Below, piece by piece: positions 50,501 to 62,500 of a stretch of DNA of 64,000 nt. The position numbers were made by a program, and so were the translations under genes. Origin of the DNA: Octopus vulgaris (lineage: Eukaryota); contig OX597826.1 of assembly GCA_951406725.2 (NCBI GenBank), positions 50,282,001 through 50,346,000 on the forward strand, written 5' to 3'. The first letter of the stretch is position 1. Every line of letters starts with the position of its first letter. The notes beneath the pieces are model-generated. The model did no database searches and was not told the DNA's origin. It saw nothing but the letters and a program-made list of their open reading frames with translations.

Positions 50501-53500
50501 TTATATTATGAGTGGTGACAAGGAGATGAATAAAAATAACCTGAGCATTGTGCTAGTGGAAGAGATAAAAACTAATGTGGTGGTGAATAATGGATACTAT
50601 GAAAATGGGTGATCATGAGTAAGTGAGAGTGATGGCTATGAATAAGTGATAGGGGAGGCCATCACAGTTTGAATCCTTATTTGAAGTTATTTCTCTTCCA
50701 GTTTGGGCATAGTTTTTTCTATCACCAGTCACTTTATTGTGGCACCAGCACTAGAGATGTTATCTTGTCTCCAGCAAGATTAGCAAGTTCTCTCTACTGT
50801 ACATTGTCTCTATTTGTTTACTAGAGGGTTGTCCTGTCCTTAAGAGAATTCCTTCAACTTGTCTTTATTTGCTCATTCCTTTCTTTCCCACATAACAAAG
50901 TAGTTGGACAATTTTTTTAAATGAATTCATGACTATGCAAATCTCTAAAATTTGAAATTTCATCTTGTAATTAATCATTTTTTTTTTGTCATATTTTCTT
51001 CTTAGAAACACTGGTTTTCCTGCTGCAGTTTTGAAAAGGAAATCAAAAGACAAAATCCAAAATTTGGAAAGAGCTGGTTCTTTCCTAAAACTACACGAAG
51101 ATGTTTTTCCAATGTTGACTTATCTTGGTCCACATGCTTCATATGACGTCATTCTTTTGGTGAAATTTATTCGAATTGGGAAAAGTTTTATGATTAAAGT
51201 ATGTATTATTCCTCTTCTATTATATTTCTATTTCAGTTATTAATAAATAGAAATTAATTTGATAACATTATTACCATCATTACCCTACTACCATTTATCA
51301 TAAACAGTTAAGCTTAGTCATCTCCTTCACAAAGCTCAATGTCTTAACATCAGCCATCTGTCTGTCCGCCCACCCATCCTTCAGTCCCTCATTTTGTTTT
51401 TGTTTTTCTTTATTTTTTCACACACACACACTTTCTCCCCCCCCTCTCTCTCATAATTAACACGACAACCTTCTGGTTTCAGCGTCAAGAACGGAAAATT
51501 AAGCCAGAAGATGATGTCACATTTTATGGGTTTCTAACCATATTGGATGAAGTGCTACTACCTAGTTTGACATTACTTCCTTGTAACTGTTGCCTCTCAG
51601 AAGAGCTTTGGAGTTTTCTTAAGCTATTCCCCTATGAACTCAGGTAAGTTTTGTATTTCATTAAACTGTTTTCTTCCTGTTTTAAAATCAGGTATTAAAG
51701 TGCTGGTCTTCAATAGTATACTGCCAAAAATTTATAAATGAAAATTATTGCCATTTGCTCTGAGAGTCAAAATTGATGTAAAGCAGTAGAGTTACTTCTA
51801 AAAACCATCATCATCATTTTGATATCCACTTTTCCATGCTTGCATAGGTTGCACCTAGTTTTATTGAGGCAGATTTTCTATGGCCAGATGCCCTTCCTGT
51901 CACCAACCCACACAAGTTTTCATAGAATATTGAAAATGAATTATACTGCTTGTATGACAGTGACACTCCTTTACAATTATTACACACTGTCAAGAAAAGT
52001 AGACACAAGCATACACACACTTGCACACTTATATACCTATGTGTATACCAAATACACTCACTTGTTTTGTCAGCTCAGAAAACAATTGCCCCAAGTACCA
52101 TGCAGTGGGATTGAGCCTGAAATCATGTGGTTGGAAAGCAAACTTCTGAACCACACAGCTATGCTTGTGCTACTTCCCCATTGCCTGTCCCTTCTAAAAA
52201 TACTAATTTGTAATTTATTGAATTTAAGCACGTAAAAAGCACCATCCGTCCGTGGCCGTTTGCCAGCTCCGTCTGGCACCTGTGCCGGTGGCACGTAAAA
52301 AGCACCCACTACACTCACGGAGTGGTTGGCGTTAGGAAGGACATCCAGCCATAGAAACATTGCCAGATCAGACTGGGCCTGGTGCAGCCTTCTGGCTTCC
52401 CAGACCCCAGTTGAACCGTCCAACCCATGCTAGCATGGAAAGCGGATGCTAAATGATGATGATGATGAGGCACATTGCTGTACTCAAGAAGATCCGCTCA
52501 CCACAACAGAATTGATATCCTAAAACCAAGGTGCCACATAAAAGCAATGGTGTTGCAGCTGGTATCACATGAAAAGTACTAGTGTTAGTGACAACGTAAA
52601 AAGCACCCAGTACTCTCTGTAAAGTGGCTGATGTTAGGAAGTGCATCCAGCTATAGAAACGAAGCCACAATAGACAATTGGAATCTGGACAGCTCCCTGC
52701 TAGACAACTCCATGTCAAACTGTCCAACCCATGCCAGCATGGAAAAATCGATGTAAAAACAAATGAGCTGTAATTTTAGGCAGGGTGGAATTCAGTTATT
52801 TTTAATCAATTTCTAAATGGTTCTTTAAAATTTAAATTTGGTTAATTCTTCAGGATTTGCCTATCATTAATTATATTGATAATGTTATATTTGAGTGGTT
52901 CATAATTAAACACAAATTATGTTTCGTTAATGATTGTCTGTTGGAATGTCTTTGTTCAGATACCGTCTGTATGGACACTGGAAAAATGAAACATATACTT
53001 TACATGCGAAAATGATACATGCCAAAGTTAACTGTTTAGAAAGAGCCAAGTATATTATGAAGTAAGTAAATTTTTTTGATCAGATAATTTCTTTTGTTTT
53101 CATGAAAATGACCAGATCTTTTGTTTTTTTTTTTTTTGGCCAGTTTGACCCTCTGGCATTTCAAATTACTCTGTTTTGAATTAATTGTATGTTATCCAGC
53201 AGCTTCAAAATTTTAATTATGTGAATATTTGTTTTTAGAATGACATTGCAGGGTAGGTGTGAAAGGCTGGATCAGGCCATTTTGAACATAGAATGTGTAG
53301 AATATTTAGGTTGGACATAGCCAGGTCAAATGCTAAAAGGTTAAATATAGTTTGTTTAATGACAAATACATAGTCCAACCACTCTCTCTCTCTCATGCTT
53401 CTTCTGTTTACTGCATCATCATTATTGTTCTACTTCTCTTCACCCCATCATTGGTCACTCATCACCTCTATTCACCATTCACTACATCCAACGCCTCTCA

Positions 53501-56500
53501 ATCTTATGCAATCTTGACAGTTGTCACCTACTTCTACTTATCATCCACTTCACATTTGTTTTTCATTCACCACCCTCCACCACCCACTTCCCATCTCTCA
53601 CTCTCCCTTACACTCTTGAAACTTCTACTCCCCAACACATTCAATTCTGCTCTAATTTACTTCGGATCACTTGTTCCATAAGTGTCCGCAAAAACACCTC
53701 ATCACTACTGTTTTATCTCTTCTCTGCTCCATCCCGATCACCCCCTTTCAAATGTGAATAGCAGTGTAGCCCCTCTATAGTAAGAAACCTGTTCTTCTCT
53801 GACCCCTTCTCTATACTTAACCCCTCATTGCTCTGTATAAAAATCACCTTACTCAGGGTTCGTAGTGTTGCAAACTGCATAGTTACCTCATTAGTGCTGA
53901 CGACACAAAAAAAAGGTATCCCATAAATGTTGTAAAGTGGTTGGCATAAGGAAGAGTATCCAGCTATAGAACCATGCCAAAGTAGACAGTGGAACATGAT
54001 GCTGTCTTTGAACCCATTGGATCCTGTCAACCCATCTACCTCCTGCTAGCATAGAACATGAACATTAAATGATGATAATGACATAGTCATGGTTTAAATG
54101 TCTCTAAAACTTTCTAAACCTACCTGATTAACGAGAAGAATAATTTGAACTGCTTATGTCAATGTGTTGAATGGCTATAAGAAATGCTCACAAGGTTATG
54201 TCTTGTTAGCTCAGACAAATGTGTTCTCTTAGTGGACAACCATGGACAGCTGTGAGTTTGAAGGCCAGTAGCTGTGTAGTAAGTGATGAGAAACTGGAAG
54301 TGAATCACAAATTTAACATTCCAGATACAATCTTTGGTGTTCGATCATTTACTGATATTGTGATGCGATAACCTAATTCACCAGTCTGGATATCGGTTCC
54401 AAATTGAAGGAAGCTCCCTTACTGGTTCACGTTCATATAGGTTGGTTAAAGTAGCAAGACTATACAACTAGTAATATATATTACCTTCTAGCAGTAGTTG
54501 TTGCATTGTTGCATCACAATCATATTTCACACTGGTGTCTGGACAGCTTTATGTCAAACCATCCAACCCATGCCAACATGGAAAGTAGACGTTAAATAAT
54601 GATGCTGTTTTGTTGAGGTTGGGGCTGTTTTGCAATGCAACAGTTTGATTGGAGTTTTTGCCTTTATTTATCCTTGTTGTCAACATTTGCTGTGACAGTA
54701 GTGCAGCTGGAACAATTTGTTACTGATATTAAGTACTTGATGTTCTCTTGCCCTAATAAAAGTCTTCTAAAAAATTTTATCTTGTAACCCATTATATAAG
54801 ATAAGATATGTGTAAAGGATAAACATCCTTCTTGAGTCATATAGATCCAAAGGGCTGGTTTCCCAGTTTCTGTGGTGTGTATACTCCCCACCTGGATGGG
54901 ACACGGGTCTGTTGCAGGATTACTCACTTTTGACAGCTGAGTAGATTGGAGCAACATGAAACGAAGTAGTTTTGCTCAGGAACACAATGCATCACCTGGT
55001 CCAGGAATCAAAACCACAATCTTACGATCATGAGTCCAACACCCTAACCACTAAGCCATGTGCCTCTACATTGTATAAACGGGTGTTTGTGTTGTCTCCT
55101 TACCATGATGTAATGTGATGATTGTAAATGAATGTCACTGTTATGCAAAGGGTTGCTTCGTTTCTGATCATCTGCGGAAACATGTCTGGCCATAGGGAGA
55201 AACTTACTTGGAAACAAGTGAGGGCTGGTAACAAGAACGCATCTTGCTGTAGAAAACCTGTCTCAACAAGTTCCATCCAAACATGGAATAGTGGATGTTA
55301 ACCCTTTAGTGTTCAGATTATTCAATCAAACATAATGCCTATTGATTCCCATTGATTTGAATTAATCATGCATTAACTCATATCTTCAAGATCTTGATGG
55401 TGTAATTACTTAATGTAGAATAACGTTGTAGGGTAGGTGTGAGAGCCTGGATCTGGTCAGTTTGAACATAAAACAGATTAGCTATTTTGGCCGGATATGG
55501 CCGGTTTAAATACTAAAGGGTTAAGTGATGATGATGTTGTTAAGAGCTTAATTTCTTTTTCACTTATTTTTTTCTTTCTTTCTTTATAGGCGACTTTCAA
55601 AAGAAAATGTGAAACCATCCGGAAGACAATTGGGTAAACTCAGCCACAGTAACCCTGGTGTTCTCTTTGAATATGTAAGTACTTTGGTGTCTTTTTTTGT
55701 TGCTGTTATTACTGTTATTAGTAAAGTGCTGTAAGACAGTGAGTTGGCAGAATCATTAGCAATCCAGGCAAAATGCTGAGTTGCATTTATTCTGCATTTA
55801 TGTTCTGAGTTCAAATTCTGCCAAGGTTGACTTTGCCTTTCATCCTTTAGGGGTTGCTGAAATAAGTACTAGTTACACACTGGGGTCAGTGTAAGTGACT
55901 AGCCTCCTCCCCCAAAATTTCAGGCTTTATGTCTATAATAGAAAAGATTATTATTATTATTAATCATCATCATTATTATTATTATTATTATTATTGATCA
56001 TCATTATTATTATTATTATTATTGATCATCATTATTATTATTATTATTAATCATCATTATTATTATTATTAATTATTATTATTATTATTATTGCTGCTAC
56101 TACAACTACTATTACTATTATTATTATGAAGGCGGCGAACTGGCAGAATCATTAGCCCACTGGGCAAAATGCTTTGTGGTATTTCATCTGCTACTATGTT
56201 CTGAGTTCAAATTCTGCCAAGGTCAACTTTGCCTTTTATCCTTTCTGGGTCGATAAATTAAGCACCAGTTTTCAGTTTCTTATGTCAAGGTTTTCTCACT
56301 GGAAACTATACAGTTTTATCTTTATATCTAAAGCTTCATATTTGTGGTAAATAACTTTTAATTTTGAAATGATTCTTCCATTAGTAAGTTGATAAAAATA
56401 AAAACCATATATATACTCTTAAATACATTCCATTCTTTACATATTCTTTATTGTTTGTTTTTATCCAGGTTCTTTCACAAATTCAGAAATATGACAACTT

Positions 56501-59500
56501 TATTGTGCCAGTTGTGGATTCATTGAAATACTTAACATCATTGTCTTATGATGTCCTAGCTTGTATCCTTGCCTTTTTCAATATTTGAAGATAACTTTTA
56601 ACCTCGTTAATATATTCATTTATATACAATTTTTGTAAGTGTATGTATTCAGAAAAATATGTCATACTCAACAGCAGAGGTTGGCACTTTCTCTTTTATT
56701 CCTACCAAACGCTTACCATAAAAACTCATGTAATTTGTGCACCTGTGTAATTTACATAGGTGATTTTCAGGATAAAAATTGTTTAAAAAAAATCTTCTTC
56801 TCATGTAAAATTTGCACTCAAAGTTTCCAGAATTGCTGATATGGCCAGAGGGAAAAGGTTTTCAATTTAGTTGTATTTAGCATAATTTCTCTTATTTATG
56901 ATTAGATTTAATTAAATTTTCATTAAATAAGAATAATTTAACAGGTATCACATTGAAAGCGATTAAATTACAAAGTGTTTGTGTCGTTTATAATAAACTT
57001 TATTTTACATTTCTTGCTCACAAGAGATTATGTCCAATCTTTAGCATACTACTGTATGTCTTCTGAAATCATGATCGTGGGAAAAAGTTGTTAATTCTTA
57101 TCAGCAAAAACAAAGCCGATAAATATGCACAAGTGTTGCAAAATAAGTTTAATTATCAATAAACATCAGCTTGGATGACACTTTACTCAACTGACAGAGG
57201 AAGGTGACCGATCAAACTGATTATGGAAACAGAATTCTGATTGGTTGAAAGTGTCTTCTTGTCTCAAGCTCTGATTTTTCTGCCTATTCTTGTCAGAACC
57301 TTTGATTCAGAGCATTGAAATTTTAATCTCAGTCACATTTATAAAATGTCAAGCAAACTTTAAAATTTCTCATTACTGTTTTAGCTGGGAGACCAGACTG
57401 AAAGTTTGTTAACCCGCTAAAATAAACATGAAAAATTGAAAGGAGAAAATAAACAGCTTTGCAAGTTTAACAGCTTTGCAAGTGTTTATTGAACAAGAGA
57501 GGTACGAAATTTAAGAAGCGACTTGTTAGAATATACACGTCTGTGAGGGGACATAAACAAGAATAGCAAAAATTTACTATGTGGACAAAACTGATAATAC
57601 ATATATTACAAGTGTTCTATGAAGAGAACATAAGATTGCTGCATAATTCAACATGAATGTGAAATGACATTAAACATCGTATAAGGTAAATGAAGGTTTC
57701 TGTAAGAATGCTAAGTCATATTCACTTAGTGAGTTTACATGAGCAAGGATGAATTATGATGTTGTCGTCGGCATTAGATGCACTAAGAGCCGATAGCAGC
57801 AATGTCGGCAGTAATGAATTTCATTGTCCTAATGCAGAGAAAGTGAGCAATAGCTTCCTGGAGGCAAACGTAAGCTAGACTTCTTAAGTGGAGAAAAACT
57901 GACCTATTTAAGGAAATTGCTTCGCTCCATTGCGATAGATAAAAACGCCAAGCTATGTAAAACATGACCCGAACTGTGATTACCAGCATGAATGTCAAAC
58001 TCCAAAAAGCAGTTAACGATTTAATGGTTTTAGTAAATTTATACAGATGATGTAGGCATTATACCGTCCAGCATAAGTAAAAGTCAACTTCATTATATTT
58101 TTTCTGTAAAAACCTATTCTGACATTGAATGAGTCCACTTCCTGTACGAATGTTTACATTTGTACGTCATTTTCCAACAATAAAAAATTTCTTTAAAAAT
58201 TCTGGAAACGATTTACTCATGTAATTTATGCACCCCCTAAAGTTTATTTCTGTTTTTGCGAAAATAGTGCTTAAATTACATTTGTTTTTACGGTAATTCC
58301 ATAGTGGTCTACTTAATCTTTTATTTCTCTAAGATATTGTACTTGATTCAGTCAGCTGTATTTCTTGCAATAATCTTTCTTGTGTCAAATCGAAAGAAAT
58401 TGATAATTACCATATTTTTCCAGCATACAAGTCAAATATTTCAAACAAAACTTTACAGCCAAAAAGTGTAGGTGAACATATACATCAAAACGACTTTGGT
58501 GGACCAAGAAGTCTGTGAAATGCAGCAGGATTTGGAAAGACAGTGACAATGCTTGAATATTCGTACTACATACTTAGTTAACTTGTATGCCAGAAAATGC
58601 GTGGAGGCGCAATGGCCCAGTGGTTAGGGCAGCGGACTCGCGGTCATAGGATCGCGGTTTCGATTCCCAGACCGGGCGTTGTGAGTGTTTATTGAGCGAA
58701 AACACCTTAAAGCTCCACAAGGCTGCGGCAGGGGATGGTGGTGATCCCTGCTGTACTCTTTCACCACAACTTTCTCTCACTCTTACTTCCTGTTTCTGTT
58801 GTACCTGTATTTCAAGGGGCCGGCCTTGTCACTCTCTGTGTCACGCTGAATATCCCCGAGAGCTACGTTAAGGTTGCACGTGTCTGTGGAGTGCTCAGCC
58901 ACTTACACATTAATTTCACGAGCAGGCTGTTCCGTTGATTCGGATCAACCGGAACCCTCATCGTCGTAACCGACGGAGTGCTTCCATCCATGCCAGAAAA
59001 TATGGTAGATTGGACTATATTAATTATATTAATGCTCCTTTACGTTTCACTGAATGATTCTAATGAAGTTTGCTGTTTTTTTTTTTTTTTATTATTTTCA
59101 TTCAGAAAGAGTTGTCTTTTATTCACTGTTAACCTTAACTCTCAAAAGATTCTGTTGTTGAAGCTGTGGCCAATCCAGACCGTGAAAGACTCAAGCATGA
59201 TGATACAAATATTTCTCTTTGGTTACAAAGTAAATCTTGTTTTCTCTATCATAATTATTACATTTTCATTGTAATTATTAAATTATATTAAAATCTCATT
59301 ATTTATATAATTTACATCATGTGACAGTTACCATTTGAATAAGAAGTTAACGTCCTCAGACCTGAATCCATTTCTGGTTCAAATCTCAGTTAAAGACATT
59401 TCATTTACCACTACACTCGCGGAGTGGTTGGCGTTAGGAAGGGCATCCAGCCGTAGAAACACTGCCAGATCTGACTGGGCCTGACGAAGCCTTCCAGCTT

Positions 59501-62500
59501 CACAGACCCCAGTTGACCCGTCCAACCCATGCTAGCATAGAAAGCGGATGCTAAACGATGATGATGATGATGAATTCATATTTATCTGGGAAAGGCATGA
59601 ACATTACAACTTCAGTCTCCCACAATCTAAAAGTTGATATGATATAAACTTTACATTTTTATTAAATTCTTTGACGTTATAATTGAGATTTGATAATTCA
59701 AAATATAAAAAAATTCTGAAGAAGTTTGAAAAAAAAAATGTATCTTTCAGAAAAATTTGTTTTTGTTCTTTTGTGAATTTTGATTTTAAAAAAAGTCATA
59801 TTAATCAGAATGATTTTAAAGGGAAAATGTTGATAAATTATACAAAGATTAGAACTTCTCACATTTAAGCCTTTAGCATTTAAGCTGGCCATATCAGGCC
59901 TAAATATTCTACTTGTTTTATGTTTAAACTGGCCAGATCTGGCCTCTTATACCTACTTCACAATGTCATTCTAAAAACAAGCATTAACGTCATTGGAATC
60001 TTAAATCTACAAGATAATGTATGATTAATTAATTCAAAACAATGTTGAATAACTGTGGAGACGCGTGGCTTAGTGGTTAGGGTGTCAGCATCATGATTGT
60101 AAGATTGTGGTTTCAATTCCTGGACTAGGCGACACGTTGTGTTCTTGAGCAAAAAACTTCATTTCACATTGCTCCAGTCCTCTCAGCTGGCAAAAATGAT
60201 TAACACTGCGATGGACTGGCGTCCCATCCAGCTAGGGAAAACATATGCCATAGAAACTGGGAAACCAGGCTCATGAGCCTGACTAGGCTTTAAAAGGGTG
60301 CATTTATTTTTATTTAATATTGAATAAATTAGTGTTACATTTGACAGTAATGCTAAAGTATTAAATTTCAATCAGATGGTGCTCTTGCTTACATTTTGTG
60401 AGATTGTGTATTTAATCTAACTATCAGAAGATAATTTTACTCCCTAATCCTATATGTTGCTTATTCTAATTTCTGTTCAAACTGCTCACAAGATTAATTT
60501 GCATATATTTTAGTACTTTGTTTGATTCTTTTTCTGCGTTGTTAAGTCATCTTTTATCTTTTGCAGGTTTGGCTAGCTTTGCTGGCTCCGTTTGTAGGAA
60601 ATATCCTGTAGAACTGGCAGGTCTCATGCAGTATGTGGCCAATCAGCTCAAAGCTGGCAAAAGGTAATTCTGAGCAAGAATCTAATATCTTGAAATATAT
60701 TCTATTATAGTTATCAGAAAAGATTTTTTTACAATAATGTTTAGACTATAGAATGTTATATAATAGGTAGCATAGTAATGTACTAGTTAATGTAACTATT
60801 ATTCACACCCTTAATCCCTTTTGCTGTGAAATTAAATTTCTGGTTATTCCAGTAACGAAATATCTATCAGAAAATATCTATCTGTTAAATATCTATCAGA
60901 AAATAGAATTGGTATTTTCTGCAAGTCTTGTTGCTTCAATAAACTTGACATAACTCAACAGAAAAAAAGTTTCAAACATCACATTCCACTGCAAACAGTA
61001 GATTGGTATATAAAACTGCTTTCTGCAGTTAAGGATAATAAAATTTTACTATCTGCAGTAAAAAGGTTAAAACTGTACTCTGAAAATTTAATTTTAATCT
61101 AAAGTGAAATAAAATGGCTATGTCAGGCTGAATAAGTGAAGTGAATGAACAGCCTGCTATAAATATCAAACTTCCTTTATTTATTTATTTTTTTTAAGTG
61201 AAAAAACTTACCTTTTATTGATGGGTTAGCACAAGATGAAAAAGAATGGAGAGGAAGATAGGTGCATACAAAACAATAGACTGATTTGTGGTGAATGATG
61301 AAAAGTGTGTGATTAATTTATTGGATTAAGGGTGAGTTAGTGGAAAGTGGCAACTGGGAGATTATTGTTGATCCATTGCTTGTTTGGTCTTTCGATACCA
61401 ACTTGCCTGAGACTGGTTCAATGATACAAACTTCCTCTTTTAAGGTGATCTAAATTAAAGCCTTTCATTAAAATTTCATATTAATTTACATACTAAATAC
61501 CTTATAATTTTCAAAATTATTCGAAGCAAAAGCAGTATATTTCAACAGAAATATGGCAATGAAAGTGGTTGGTACTAGGAAGGGCATCCAGCTGTAGAAG
61601 CTATACCAAAGCACACAATAGAGTATGATGCAGTTCTCTGGCTTGCCAGTTCCTGTCAAACCATCCAACCCATGCCAGTATAACATTATTAGTTTATTTT
61701 TTTAGTTGCTTATTATTCAGTTAATTTATTTGATCATAATTATAGCTTGTTATTGTTAAACTAATGATTTAGATCACATCATTTAAATTCTCATACGTTA
61801 CAATTTTATTTTAAAATGTGTATTTTTATATTCTTATAGTTTTGATCTCTTGTTGTTGCGAGAAATTGTTCAGAAAATGGCTGGCATTGAAATATCTGAA
61901 GAAATCACTGATGACCAACTTGAAGCTATGTCCGGAGGAGAGCTACTTCGTCAAGAGGTAATGTCATAGTCCTAATGTCATAGAGCTAAAGTTATGGGTA
62001 TTAATTTATTGCTTTATTTTATTCAAAAATACAGTGAAAAATCTTTAGGGTGTTGGGGATTTCTTTAAAACTATGATTCATAAAAGAATTTCATGTTTCT
62101 GTATTTACTGAGTTTCATACAATTTTTCATTTGACAGGGTGGCTATTTTGCTCAAGTTCGGAATACTAAGAAATCTTCAACCCGATTAAAAGATGCCCTG
62201 CTAGAACATGACCTTGCATTATCCCTTTGCTTGCTTATGGCCCAACAAAGAGATGGTGTAATATATAAGGAAGGCAACGAACGTCATTTGAAATTGACTG
62301 GGAAATTATATGATCAGGTATTTTAACATCTTTTATCTTTTACTTTCAGTCATTAGACTGTGGCCATGCTGGGGCACTACCATGAAGAATCTTTAGTCAA
62401 ATGTATTAACCCTAGTATTTACTATTTTTTTAAAGCCCATTACTTATTCTATCGGTCTTTTGCCAAACTGCTAAATTCCAGGGATGTAAACACACCAACA

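Larger units (their letters stand above)
56563..59148 (+). other. U12-type (minor spliceosome) GT-AG intron 15 of THOC2
   Basis: 5' splice site GTATCCTTG. Branch site CCTTAAC at 59133-59139, about 10 nt from the AAAAG acceptor, with no intervening polypyrimidine tract. Splicing restores DVLAYSVVEA. Confidence 0.93.

Noticed and set aside
58603-58678. tRNA gene
   Set aside because: The tRNA-like head lacks a proper acceptor stem and continues into a SINE body bounded by a TSD; the same applies to the other SINE heads.
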